Origin: a phage | Direction: 5' to 3' (one strand) | Assembly (NCBI GenBank): GCA_012557565.1 | Contig: GCA_012557565.1_3926.1 | DNA length: 64,000 bases | In this document: positions 53,655-62,953 of the stretch, piece after piece | How the letters are laid out: each line of letters starts with the position of its first letter | Position numbering within the stretch: position 1 is the stretch's first letter | Position numbers and translations under genes: made by a program | Notes under the pieces: model-generated | Database searches by the model: none | The model's input: only the letters and a program-made list of their open reading frames with translations | What the model was told of the DNA's origin: nothing

Positions 53655-53882
53655 ATGTTTAAACTCATAGTTGAAAAACACCCAGAAGATGACAAGCTTG
53701 AAACAGGGAGATTTGGAGATACTTTCTTTATCAGAGTTGGCTGGAAAGCTGACCCATTAGAAGTTAGAAAGATTGTCTACAACTTTGCTGGTTTGGAATT
53801 AAAGCAAGTCATCTTTGAAACAATGTTGCCAGAAAATAAAGATACATGCAATAACGCATATATTCTTACAAGAGTTAGTTAG
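53655..53882 (+). CDS. hypothetical small protein, tandem paralog 2
   Basis: 75 aa MFKLIVEKHPEDDKLE... paralogous to 53383-53610 (shared FETMLPENKDTCNNAYILTRV). Confidence 0.55.
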   Translation: MFKLIVEKHPEDDKLETGRFGDTFFIRVGWKADPLEVRKIVYNFAGLELKQVIFETMLPENKDTCNNAYILTRVS

Positions 53883-53956
53883 GGGATTAGTTTACAAGGT
53901 TAAAACCTCGGTCTTTGAAATCGAAGAAGTTGGTTCAATTCCAACATCCCCCGCCA
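53881..53956 (+). tRNA. tRNA-Gln(TTG)
   Basis: D-stem GTTT/AAAC, anticodon stem TCGGT/ATCGA, loop CTTTGAA, T-arm GTTGG-TTCAATT-CCAAC, CCA; 1:72 mismatch. Confidence 0.7.
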
Positions 53957-53958
53957 AT

Positions 53959-54037
53959 GCTCCATTACTCCAATTGGCAGAGAGGCCAGACTTAAAATCT
54001 GTGTTATGTATCGGTTCGAATCCGATATGGAGTACCA
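53959..54037 (+). tRNA. tRNA-Leu(TAA)-like, short variable arm
   Basis: Acceptor GCTCCAT/ATGGAGT, 3-bp D-stem, loop CTTAAAA, about 7-nt variable region, A73, CCA; 79 nt. Confidence 0.6.
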
Positions 54038-54043
54038 AATATT

Positions 54044-54119
54044 AGCAGTGTAGCATAACTGGCAATGCTCCAGCCTCTGAAGCTGAAAGATTAAGGTTCA
54101 AATCCTTACGCTGCTGCCA
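54044..54119 (+). tRNA. tRNA-Gln(CTG)
   Basis: D-arm GCAT-AACTGGCA-ATGC, loop CTCTGAA, T-arm TAAGG-TTCAAAT-CCTTA, CCA. Confidence 0.7.
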
Positions 54120-54121
54120 CT

Positions 54122-54149
54122 TCTAAGGGTTCTTACGAGAGTCCTTAAA
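54122..54149 (+). other. conserved-loop hairpin (loop GTTCTTACGAGAGT), copy 2
   Basis: Stem TAAGG/CCTTA around the loop seen at 50798-50811. Confidence 0.6.
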
Positions 54150-54150
54150 T

Positions 54151-54227
54151 GTGGCCTTATCATAAATGGATAATGACCCATGCTGTGAACATGGTCTATA
54201 CGGGTTCGATTCCCGTAGGTCACCCCA
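54151..54227 (+). tRNA. tRNA-His(GTG)
   Basis: Acceptor GTGGCCT/AGGTCAC, D-stem TCAT/ATGA, anticodon stem CCATG/CATGG, loop CTGTGAA, C73, CCA; no encoded G-1. Confidence 0.75.
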
Positions 54228-54235
54228 ATTTTAAT

Positions 54236-54311
54236 AGCTCAATTAGCTTATATGGTTAAAGCGCGTGTCTGAAAAACATGAGAACAGGGTTCAAATCCCG
54301 ATGGGCTACCA
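54236..54311 (+). tRNA. tRNA-Phe(GAA), imperfect T-stem
   Basis: Anticodon stem CGTGT/ACATG, loop CTGAAAA, D-stem GCTT/AAGC, CCA; T-stem has mismatches. Confidence 0.55.
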
Positions 54312-54327
54312 ACTTTATAGGTGCATA

Positions 54328-55062
54328 ATGAAAGAGATGACAGAACAAGGTAAAGAGATTTTTAATCTCCTTAAAACTGGTAATGGGTTCTCTAACCCTC
54401 TTATTACTGGTGCAGCAGTTCTTGGTGGTACTGTAGCTGCTTCTCAATCATTAGTGAACTCAATTAGTTCTGTAACAGACCCTGCAACACAACAGATTTT
54501 AGTTGCTGCTGGACTGACAACAGCCTTATTAGGAAGCTTCACAACAAGCCTTGGAAGTACAACTTCAACGACAAGTACACTCACTGAGTATGGACAAAAG
54601 TCTGTAGATGAGTTTTCACAACGTATGCAAGTAGCTAAAGGTTACTCTAACGTTATGGGAGCAGCAGGTGAACAGGTTGGATGTACACCGTTTAGCGGTA
54701 TCATGGGCGTAGCTACCGAGTACGGTAATAAAGCGATGGATTTGATTAATACCTCCATAGACGCTGTAAATAGCGTCCTAAGCGATTTGCAAGATGCAAT
54801 CGACCAAGGACTAGATACAATCTCTGAACTCGCTACACAGGCCGTTACAGCGATTAATGAGGGTATTACAAAGATTACTGCATATGCTAATGAAGTAACT
54901 CAGATGATTGCAGATGAAGCAGCACTGATTGCAGAATACCTGAAAACAAATATTAATGGTTTCCTTGCGAATGTTCTACCAAGCTGGTTTGACGATTCAT
55001 GTAAAACTGGTGTGATTGATACTATCGCAACTCCAGAGATGAAAGAAGCTCTGAACAAATAA
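54328..55062 (+). CDS. hypothetical Thr/Ser/Ala-rich protein inside the tRNA cluster
   Basis: Track ORF 54265-55062 overlaps tRNA-Phe; trimmed to ATG 54328 (AGGTG 4 nt upstream). Confidence 0.5.
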   Translation: MKEMTEQGKEIFNLLKTGNGFSNPLITGAAVLGGTVAASQSLVNSISSVTDPATQQILVAAGLTTALLGSFTTSLGSTTSTTSTLTEYGQKSVDEFSQRMQVAKGYSNVMGAAGEQVGCTPFSGIMGVATEYGNKAMDLINTSIDAVNSVLSDLQDAIDQGLDTISELATQAVTAINEGITKITAYANEVTQMIADEAALIAEYLKTNINGFLANVLPSWFDDSCKTGVIDTIATPEMKEALNK

Positions 55063-55063
55063 T

Positions 55064-55156
55064 GGAAGATTAACCCTAAAAGGTAAGGGAGCAGTTTGCT
55101 AAACTGCCAGTAACCGAGAAATCGGCGTACCAGTTCAAGTCTGGTATCTTCCTCCA
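55064..55156 (+). tRNA. tRNA-Ser(GCT), class II
   Basis: Perfect acceptor GGAAGAT/ATCTTCC, anticodon stem GCAGT/ACTGC, loop TTGCTAA, long variable arm, T-arm ACCAG-TTCAAGT-CTGGT, CCA. Confidence 0.75.
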
Positions 55157-55162
55157 AATTAT

Positions 55163-55238
55163 GTGTCGGTGTCAGAAATGGTTATGTGCCTGTCTGCAAA
55201 ACAGGTTTATGAGGGTTCGAGTCCCTTCCGATACTCCA
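55163..55238 (+). tRNA. tRNA-Cys(GCA)
   Basis: Anticodon stem CCTGT/ACAGG, loop CTGCAAA, T-arm GAGGG-TTCGAGT-CCCTT, CCA. Confidence 0.75.
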
Positions 55239-55270
55239 ATTTATATTAATATCTCTCTCAAAGTTATTAT

Positions 55271-55330
55271 GCCCTGCTATGAGTATTCTCCCTTTCGCTA
55301 CCGGAGAGTATTTTTAGACAGGGCTTTTTT
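55271..55330 (+). terminator. long compound hairpin plus T6, probable terminator after tRNA cluster
   Basis: GCCCTG ... CAGGGC then TTTTTT. Confidence 0.5.
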
Positions 55331-55395
55331 ATAGAGTTATACTTTATGGGAAGACCTATACAGTATGTCTCTGGCATACATTGTGGTTTCTCCTT

Positions 55396-55419
55396 GACGG
55401 TCTCTGCACCGTCTTTTTT
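55396..55419 (+). terminator. rho-independent terminator
   Basis: GACGGT-ctctgc-ACCGTC then TTTTTT. Confidence 0.7.
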
Positions 55420-55457
55420 CAGGAGAATCACTATAACTTTAATTTTGGAGAAATACA

Positions 55458-55664
55458 ATGAACGAGACTAATGTTTACAAAGAACTATATGAAACTCAGA
55501 AACAGGCTCAGATGCTTCAGGCAACTGTAATGGCTGTGGCTGAACGTTTAATTGTTGCAACTGGTATTAACCCACAAGAAGCAACGATGGATAAACTTCT
55601 TAATTTAGTAGATGAAAAGTTTGGTGTAGAACCTAAACAGGAATCTGAAGAAGTTTCTGAATAA
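55458..55664 (+). CDS. hypothetical small protein, first gene of morphogenesis operon
   Basis: 68 aa; RBS GGAGAAA upstream; immediately upstream of large terminase. Confidence 0.5.
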   Translation: MNETNVYKELYETQKQAQMLQATVMAVAERLIVATGINPQEATMDKLLNLVDEKFGVEPKQESEEVSE

Positions 55665-55685
55665 TTCTATTTGCAGAGGTGCTTA

Positions 55686-57287
55686 ATGGACTTAAATGTT
55701 ATTAAGCAGAAGCGAGTGGAAGATGTAAGGAAAGTCCTAGCAGGTGAGTTGGGGCTTTCTGAAGAAGTAAAAGATATTATCAAATCCTTTGGTAAAGACC
55801 CCTCTAAATTCCTTCCAACTCAAATTCTGACTTTATTAAGATACACCCCAGACCAAGTAAGACTCATCTTTAAATTGATGACTGACAAGAACTATGTAGC
55901 TCCACAGCCTGGCTCTCAAGAGGTATTCTTGAACACTAATGCTGACTTGGTACTATATGGTGGTGCTGCTGGTGCTGGTAAGACTGCTGCCCTATTAATG
56001 GACTCACTAAGGTTCATTGAAGACCCAAACTATAATGCTGTTTATTTCCGTCGAAATACAACACAGTTACAAGGTGGTCTATGGCCTGCGGCTAAGAAGT
56101 TATTTGGTAAGTTTGGTGGAGTTCCACATGAACAGAAAATGACTATCACTTTCCCTTCTGGAGCAACTATCAAGTTTACTTATTTGGAACTTGAGAAACA
56201 CTCAGAAGGTCACCAAGGTATCGAATACTCAGCTATTTATTTCGACGAAGGTACACACTTCTCGGCTTCACAGATTTCATATCTTCAGACACGTTTACGT
56301 TCTGGTGCTGAAGGTGACTCATATATGAAAATCTCAATGAACCCAGATAGAGACCACTTTATTTATGATTGGGTAGAACCTTTCCTAGATGATGCTGGAT
56401 ATCCAGACCCAGAGAAGTGCGGCAGGATTCGTTGGTATGTTATGAATGATGGTGTCATGGTTTCTGATTGGGATAGAGATAAAATTCTTGAAATGTTCCC
56501 TCTTGAGATTCCTCAAACATATACCTTTATTTCCGGTACAATCGATGACAACCCTATTCTAGATTTCCTTGAACCTAAGTATCGTGGTAAATTAGAAAAC
56601 AACACACCAGTTAACGTTGCACGTTTACGTTTTGGTAACTGGAAAGCTCGTGCTGAAGGTTCAAACTACTGGCAAAGACAATGGTGTGAAATTGTTGATA
56701 GTGTTCCAGCAGACGTATTTGACGTAAGAGCATGGGACTTAGCAGCAACATTACCTTCTGAGGTTAACCCTAACCCTGACTGGACAGCAGGTGTTAAAAT
56801 GGGTAAATCTAAAAAAGATGGTTGCTATTATGTGATTAACGTAGTAAGATTTAGAGATAGACCTTCTGGAGTTGAAACACAAATTAACCAAACTGCTGAA
56901 GGTGATGGTAAGCGCACAGGTATTTTTATCCCTCAAGACCCCGGCGCTGCTGGTAAATCCTACGCAACCTCCCTTATTAGAAAACTTGCTGAGAAAGGTT
57001 TCCGAGCAAGAGCTAAACCAACAAATAAAGATAAAGTCACCCGTTTTGCAGGTTTCTCTGCTGCTTCTGAGGCAGGACTTGTCAAAATTGTTAGAGGCTC
57101 TTGGAATGAAGCATATTTCCAAGAACTAGAAGGTTTTTGTGGTGATGGTCGTACTAAGGATGACCAAGTGGATGCTACCAGTGATGCTTTCAACAGTCTA
57201 AACGAAGTTAAACTATTCAAGCCACCTTCAATGGGTGCTCATACAGATATTATGAAGAGTAATCCATATCAGGGGCTAAGACGATAA
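55686..57287 (+). CDS. terminase large subunit
   Basis: Walker A LYGGAAGAGKTAALL near N-terminus, size and C-terminal nuclease-like region; start set to ATG 55686 (GAGGTG upstream) rather than track TTG 55671. Confidence 0.75.
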   Translation: MDLNVIKQKRVEDVRKVLAGELGLSEEVKDIIKSFGKDPSKFLPTQILTLLRYTPDQVRLIFKLMTDKNYVAPQPGSQEVFLNTNADLVLYGGAAGAGKTAALLMDSLRFIEDPNYNAVYFRRNTTQLQGGLWPAAKKLFGKFGGVPHEQKMTITFPSGATIKFTYLELEKHSEGHQGIEYSAIYFDEGTHFSASQISYLQTRLRSGAEGDSYMKISMNPDRDHFIYDWVEPFLDDAGYPDPEKCGRIRWYVMNDGVMVSDWDRDKILEMFPLEIPQTYTFISGTIDDNPILDFLEPKYRGKLENNTPVNVARLRFGNWKARAEGSNYWQRQWCEIVDSVPADVFDVRAWDLAATLPSEVNPNPDWTAGVKMGKSKKDGCYYVINVVRFRDRPSGVETQINQTAEGDGKRTGIFIPQDPGAAGKSYATSLIRKLAEKGFRARAKPTNKDKVTRFAGFSAASEAGLVKIVRGSWNEAYFQELEGFCGDGRTKDDQVDATSDAFNSLNEVKLFKPPSMGAHTDIMKSNPYQGLRR

Positions 57288-57299
57288 TAGGTAGAAAGA

Positions 57300-58766
57300 A
57301 TGGCAGATATCACAGAAACACAAGAAAGCCTTCCTCCATTCAGAATGGGTGAGGTTGGGAGTCTTGGCCTTAAAGTTCGCTCAGGAAGAATCTATGAAGA
57401 ACCTAGACAGGCTTTAAGATTCCCAGAAAGTATTAAGACTTTCCAACTTATGATGAGAGACCCTTCAGTAGCAGCCTCTGTAAATATTATTAAGATGTTT
57501 GTCAGAAAGGTTAACTGGAGATTCGTACCACCGAAGGGAAAAGAGAAAGATGCCAAGATGATTGAAAGGGCTAATTTCTTTAACTCACTAATGAATGACA
57601 TGGAGCACGATTGGGCTGACTTTATTAACTCTGTAATGTCATTCTGTACTTACGGTTTCTGTGTAAACGAGAAAGTTTATAAGAAACGTCAAGGTAAGAA
57701 AGGTAAGTACCCTTCAAAATATAATGATGGTTTAATTGGTTGGGCTAAATTACCAATCCGTAATCAGACTACATTAGATAAATGGTACTTTGACTCTGAC
57801 TATAGAAAAGTCATTGGTGTTAGACAGAACCTGCGTAATGTTTCCCATATTGCAGGAGCAATTAATCTTGGTGAACAACCATTGACAAGAAAGCTTCCTA
57901 GAAGTAAATTCTTATTGTTCAAATATGACGATGAGTACGGGAACCCAGAAGGACGTTCACCATTACTTAATGCTTACGTTCCTTGGAAATACAAAGTCCA
58001 GATTGAAGAGTTTGAGGCTGTAGGTGTTTCCAGAGACTTAGTAGGTATGCCAAAGATTGGTCTTCCACCTGATTATTTAGGTGAAGATGCAGAACCTGAA
58101 AAGAAAGCGTTTGTTAAATACTGTCAAGAAGTAGTAAATGACTTAATCGCTAACGATAGAGCAGGTTTAATCTGGCCTAGATTTATCGACCCAGAAACTA
58201 AAGAGGATATTTTTGAGTTCTCATTAGTTTCTAGACAGGGTGCTAAAGCTTATGACACAGGTTCTATTATCGATAGATACTCTAAGCAGATTATGATGGC
58301 ATTTATGTCAGACGTTCTTGCTATGGGTCAGTCAAAGTATGGTTCATTCTCTTTGGCAGATTCTAAGACAAGCTTACTGGCAATGTCAGTTGATATTCTT
58401 CTGAAACAAGTCAAGAATGTAATTAACCGTGATTTGGTTGCTCAGACTTATGCACTGAATATGTGGGATGATGAAGAACACGTAGAAATTGTGTATGATG
58501 ATATTGAGACTCCAGATTTGGAAGCTATTGCATCCTTTATTCAGAAGACCGTTGCAGTTGGTGCTCTGGAAGTTGACAAACCATTGTCTAACAAGCTTAG
58601 AGAATATCTTGACCTTGAACCTGCTGATGAGTCTAAACCAGTATCTGAGAAGCTATCTCCAAACACTCAAAGTCGTTCTGGTGATGGTTATCAAACTGCT
58701 GGAGAAGGGACTGCTAAAACTCCTTCAGCTAAAGACCCAAGTACGGCTAATAAGGCAAACAAATAA
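57300..58766 (+). CDS. putative portal protein
   Basis: 488 aa immediately downstream of large terminase (synteny only). Confidence 0.5.
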   Translation: MADITETQESLPPFRMGEVGSLGLKVRSGRIYEEPRQALRFPESIKTFQLMMRDPSVAASVNIIKMFVRKVNWRFVPPKGKEKDAKMIERANFFNSLMNDMEHDWADFINSVMSFCTYGFCVNEKVYKKRQGKKGKYPSKYNDGLIGWAKLPIRNQTTLDKWYFDSDYRKVIGVRQNLRNVSHIAGAINLGEQPLTRKLPRSKFLLFKYDDEYGNPEGRSPLLNAYVPWKYKVQIEEFEAVGVSRDLVGMPKIGLPPDYLGEDAEPEKKAFVKYCQEVVNDLIANDRAGLIWPRFIDPETKEDIFEFSLVSRQGAKAYDTGSIIDRYSKQIMMAFMSDVLAMGQSKYGSFSLADSKTSLLAMSVDILLKQVKNVINRDLVAQTYALNMWDDEEHVEIVYDDIETPDLEAIASFIQKTVAVGALEVDKPLSNKLREYLDLEPADESKPVSEKLSPNTQSRSGDGYQTAGEGTAKTPSAKDPSTANKANK

Positions 58767-59266
58767 TGGCAGAAGTTATCTCTATTTCCAATGCTACGCG
58801 AGTGCATTCTTATAGAGGTGTCTTAATTATCACTGATGAATTAACTGTAGAGGCTGGCTCAAGGGTCAGCCTTTCAGGGTATGTAAGTGATGGTGGAACC
58901 TCTGACGTTTTCACTATTTGTAGGTTACTTGATGCTCCAATGAGCGGAAAACAGTTTATTTCAAACAATTGTAACGAAATTGTTAAAATTCCATTTGACA
59001 GTTCATGCCTTTTGGGTGTAAAGTTATATAACTGTGAGAATAAACGTGTTAACGTTAATAGTGTTGAAGCTGCATTCATTACCATTGATACAGCATTTAA
59101 ATCTCCAATGACAGTAAACAAAGAGTCTAACAGACTTGAGTACATTTTTTCACAAAATGATTACAAAGTACTTGTCAAAGGTAAAGTTTATGATATGATT
59201 GTAAATGTGGTGGATGAATCTGGTAACCATTCAACAATCCTTAAACAAAAAGTAAGGTTTAATTAA
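58766..59266 (+). CDS. hypothetical head-morphogenesis-region protein
   Basis: 166-aa ORF, ATGA-coupled to portal. Confidence 0.45.
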   Translation: MAEVISISNATRVHSYRGVLIITDELTVEAGSRVSLSGYVSDGGTSDVFTICRLLDAPMSGKQFISNNCNEIVKIPFDSSCLLGVKLYNCENKRVNVNSVEAAFITIDTAFKSPMTVNKESNRLEYIFSQNDYKVLVKGKVYDMIVNVVDESGNHSTILKQKVRFN

Positions 59267-59598
59267 TGGGAACATTAACGATTGATGGTAAGAATAAAAT
59301 CCTAGCCACACTAACCCCAACGACTATTGTATTACACAATGTAGACCCAACGGCAGACCCTACAGCAAATAAGGTTACGCAGCCAGTGGCTATTCTATTT
59401 TCAGAACCTAATAACGGCTTAATTGCTTCAGAAGATACAGTTAATATTACTGTTCCTGCTTCTGCAACGGTTTCTCATTTTAGCCTATGGGATGACAAAT
59501 CTAAGTGCGTGGCAACAGGTGCTTTAAGTAGACCTCAGTTCTTTGCTGAAGAAGGTATTTACGTTATCTCTTCAGTGTCCGTTGACTTAAACAAATAG
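59266..59598 (+). CDS. hypothetical protein
   Basis: 110-aa ORF. Confidence 0.45.
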   Translation: MGTLTIDGKNKILATLTPTTIVLHNVDPTADPTANKVTQPVAILFSEPNNGLIASEDTVNITVPASATVSHFSLWDDKSKCVATGALSRPQFFAEEGIYVISSVSVDLNK

Positions 59599-59609
59599 GG
59601 TGAGTAAAA

Positions 59610-60956
59610 ATGAGTTCGAATATCTTCAGACTTGCTGATAGATTATTCAACCAACCTTTACTAGCCACAGAATCATTAGCACACTCAGCAGCGACTTATG
59701 TAAATAACCGCTTGTTAGGTGATGTTCAAGCAGCAGTAAACTTTGATAAACCTAAAGGTGATGCAAGAAGTCTTTTAAAAGTTAAAGATGATATTGCTAT
59801 TATCCCTATTATGGGTGGCCTAACACATCGTATGACCTTTATGGATGCAATGTGTACTGGTGGGCTAAGCTCTTATGAGGGTTTACGTAGAGGCTTTGAC
59901 GAAGCTGTAGCAGACGAATCTATCAAGACTATCGTACTGCACGTTGATTCAGGTGGTGGTGAAGCGTCAGGTTGTTTTGAGTTGGCACGTCACATCATGG
60001 CCTGTAGAGGCAAAAAGAAAATTATTGCTTATGTAGATGAGTTTGCTTGCTCTGCTGCATATGCTCTTGCATCTTCTGCTGAAGAAATTATTGCATCACC
60101 AGATGCAGATGTTGGTTCAATCGGTGTAATTATGGTTCACCAAGAATTGACAAAGGCTTTTGAAAAGAATGGCGTTACAATTAACGTTATTAAGGCTGGT
60201 GAATTTAAAGGTATGGGTTCTCCATTCCAAGCATTATCAGAAGAAAGCAAGAATAGACTTCAAAAGAGAATTGATGACACCTACGAAACTTTTACTAGTT
60301 TTGTTGCAGACTCACGTAATATCTCTGAAGAAGCTGTAAAGAATACTGAGGCGAATGTTTATTCTGCTCAGGAAGCTCTTGAACTTGGTTTAATTAATTC
60401 TATCATGTCTCAAGATGATTTCTTAAATTACTTACAAGGTTCTGAAGAAGCTCCTGTAAGTTTAAACACAAACAATTCAGGTGAAGAAATGACTGAACAA
60501 GAAAAGCAAGAACTAGAAGCTCTGCGTCTTCAGGTTGCTCAAATGAAAGCTAAGGAACAGGAAGCAGCACTTACAGATTTAACTGGTAAGATTTCTGCAT
60601 ATGCTGAAGCTTTTGGATTTGACGCAAAAGAAGCTGCAACAGCTATTTTAGGTGCTGGTCTTGATAACCCTCTGAGTGTTCTGTTTATGAATGCTATGGA
60701 AGGTGCTAACCAGAAACTTAATGAAACTATCGCGTCCCATGCTTCTGCCATGTCTGAGAAGGATTCTGAAATCACTAAGCTGAAAGAAACTGCTGGTGCT
60801 GTTCTGGAACACTCAAACGCTATGGAAGAACTTGGCAATGACGGCGAAGCAGAAGTGGATGACGGTAAAGACACCGCTCCAGAAGCAAATGCTAATGCTA
60901 ACGCTGACCAACGCAAACTGGCTCTCCAGAATGCTTTGAAAACTCTTATCAAATAA
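59610..60956 (+). CDS. prohead protease (S49/ClpP-like) with C-terminal coiled-coil, scaffold-like region
   Basis: IVLHVDSGGGEASGCFELARHI ... IIAYVDEFACSAAYALASSAEEIIASPDADVGSIGVIMVH resembles S49-family peptidase catalytic region; Ala/Glu-rich C-terminal half. Confidence 0.65.
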   Translation: MSSNIFRLADRLFNQPLLATESLAHSAATYVNNRLLGDVQAAVNFDKPKGDARSLLKVKDDIAIIPIMGGLTHRMTFMDAMCTGGLSSYEGLRRGFDEAVADESIKTIVLHVDSGGGEASGCFELARHIMACRGKKKIIAYVDEFACSAAYALASSAEEIIASPDADVGSIGVIMVHQELTKAFEKNGVTINVIKAGEFKGMGSPFQALSEESKNRLQKRIDDTYETFTSFVADSRNISEEAVKNTEANVYSAQEALELGLINSIMSQDDFLNYLQGSEEAPVSLNTNNSGEEMTEQEKQELEALRLQVAQMKAKEQEAALTDLTGKISAYAEAFGFDAKEAATAILGAGLDNPLSVLFMNAMEGANQKLNETIASHASAMSEKDSEITKLKETAGAVLEHSNAMEELGNDGEAEVDDGKDTAPEANANANADQRKLALQNALKTLIK

Positions 60957-60968
60957 GGAACACAAATA

Positions 60969-61346
60969 ATGGCATATCAAGGTTTTACACATTTAGGTAA
61001 CAGAGAACCTCTTAACGATATTATCCTTTGGGAACAGATTACACCAACTGGACATTCTCGTAAAGAGTACGCTCCAGTAGCCAGCACAGAATACCGTGTA
61101 GGTGAAGTTCTGAAAGCTGATGGTACTAAGGTCGCAGCAGGTGAAGAATCTCAGGCAGACTCTGTATGTATCGTTAACTTCTACGCAGACCTGCAACTGT
61201 CTTATCATGGTCAGTTAAAAGTCGTTGGTATCTACCGTGACGCTGAACTGAAAGACATGCTGACTTTGGCAGAAAGCGTTGATGCTGCTGCTGTCAAGAC
61301 TGCTCTGAAGGCGAAAGGTATTGATTTCGTCCCAACTGGCCTGTAA
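60969..61346 (+). CDS. hypothetical head protein
   Basis: 125 aa between protease and putative major capsid gene. Confidence 0.45.
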   Translation: MAYQGFTHLGNREPLNDIILWEQITPTGHSRKEYAPVASTEYRVGEVLKADGTKVAAGEESQADSVCIVNFYADLQLSYHGQLKVVGIYRDAELKDMLTLAESVDAAAVKTALKAKGIDFVPTGL

Positions 61347-61377
61347 TTAATAATAAGACATTCTGGAGAATTTTACA

Positions 61378-62481
61378 ATGTTGACTAATTCTGAAAAAAG
61401 CAGATTTTTCCTTGCTGATTTAACTGGTGAAGTCCAGTCTATTCCAAATACTTACGGATATATCTCTGGTCTGGGACTGTTCCGTTCTGCTCCACAAACA
61501 CAGACTACTTTCCTGATGGACTTGACTGATTGGGATATTAGCTTGCTGGATGCGGTAGACCGTACTAGCCGTAAAGCTGAGACTAGCGCTCCTGAGCGTG
61601 TTCGTCAGATTAGCTTCCCAATGATGTACTTCAAGGAAGTTGAAAGCATTACTCCTGATGAGATTCAGGGTGTTCGTCAGCCAGGCACTGCAAATGAACT
61701 GACTACTGAAGCAGTTGTACGTGCTAAGAAGCTGATGAAGATTCGTACCAAGTTCGATATTACTCGTGAGTTCCTGTTCATGCAAGCTCTGAAGGGTAAA
61801 GTTATTGATGCTAACGGTGTTCTGTACGCAGACCTGTACAAGCAGTTCGATGTAACTAAGAAGACTATCTACTTCGACTTGGACAACCCGAACTCTGATA
61901 TCGATGCACATATTGAAGACCTGCGTATGCACATGGAAGATGAAGCTAAGACAGGTACTGTAATCAACGGTGAAGAAATTCACATCGTTGTTGACAGAAC
62001 TTTCTTCAGTAAGCTTATCAAGCATCCTAAGATTCGTGACGCATACCTTGCACAGCAGACTCCGCTGGCTTGGCAACAGATTACTGGTTCTCTGAGAACT
62101 GGTGGTACTGATGGTGTTCAGGCTCACATGAACCGCTTCTACTACGGTGGTGTTGTATTCGTACAGTACAACGGTAAGTTCAAAGACAAGCGTGGTAAGA
62201 CTCATACTCTGGTTAGCATTGACGGTGTATCTGATACTAATGTTGGTGTAGGTCACGCATTCCCTAACGTAGCAATGTTGGGTGAAGCTAACAACATCTT
62301 CGAAGTTGCTTACGCTCCATGTCCTAAGATGGGTTATGCAAACACTCTGGGTCAGGAACTGTATGTGTTCGAATATGAGAAAGACCGTGACGAAGGTATT
62401 GACTTCGAAGCCCACTCTTACATGCTGCCATACTGCACACGTCCTCAACTGCTTGTTGACGTTCGTTCAGACGCTGAGTAA
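61378..62481 (+). CDS. putative major capsid protein
   Basis: 367 aa, position after protease/scaffold, biased codon usage (synteny only). Confidence 0.5.
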   Translation: MLTNSEKSRFFLADLTGEVQSIPNTYGYISGLGLFRSAPQTQTTFLMDLTDWDISLLDAVDRTSRKAETSAPERVRQISFPMMYFKEVESITPDEIQGVRQPGTANELTTEAVVRAKKLMKIRTKFDITREFLFMQALKGKVIDANGVLYADLYKQFDVTKKTIYFDLDNPNSDIDAHIEDLRMHMEDEAKTGTVINGEEIHIVVDRTFFSKLIKHPKIRDAYLAQQTPLAWQQITGSLRTGGTDGVQAHMNRFYYGGVVFVQYNGKFKDKRGKTHTLVSIDGVSDTNVGVGHAFPNVAMLGEANNIFEVAYAPCPKMGYANTLGQELYVFEYEKDRDEGIDFEAHSYMLPYCTRPQLLVDVRSDAE

Positions 62482-62503
62482 TAACTTGAAAGGAGGGTTA
62501 TAA

Positions 62504-62953
62504 ATGTGTTATACAGGCGACCCCGCTAATAACCCTCTTGATAGAGTTCGAATCCTCTGCACCGATACTGACAACAATGAAATCCTCATTGACCAATCGG
62601 TGCTAGAGTGGTTCTACCAAGAATCTGGAAAGGATGAAAAGAAAGCAGCCATCAAAGCTCTTAAATATTTACTCTTTCAAGTAGCCAAGATGGGAGATGA
62701 GAAAGTTGGTGGTGTTTATTTACGAAACTCTTCCAGATTCAAATCTCTGAAAGCTGTCTATGACGACCTAGTTAAAAGCTCTGTTAGTGGCCTCCCTTAT
62801 GCGGGTGGTATTAACCAGTGTGATATTGATATGCGTCGTCAAAATCCTTGCTCTGTCAAGAAATATACTGAATATGGCGATGCTGTTAGATACAACGGTA
62901 GAGATTACTGTGAACGTGTCAATGGTGTATTTATTATCGAGCGAGATGAATAA
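62504..62953 (+). CDS. hypothetical protein
   Basis: 149-aa ORF. Confidence 0.45.
   Translation: MCYTGDPANNPLDRVRILCTDTDNNEILIDQSVLEWFYQESGKDEKKAAIKALKYLLFQVAKMGDEKVGGVYLRNSSRFKSLKAVYDDLVKSSVSGLPYAGGINQCDIDMRRQNPCSVKKYTEYGDAVRYNGRDYCERVNGVFIIERDE

Noticed and set aside
61420-62448. 342-aa minus-strand ORF
   Set aside because: Lies entirely antisense to the putative major capsid gene in the middle of a co-directional plus-strand operon; the protein is low-complexity and there is no RBS context.
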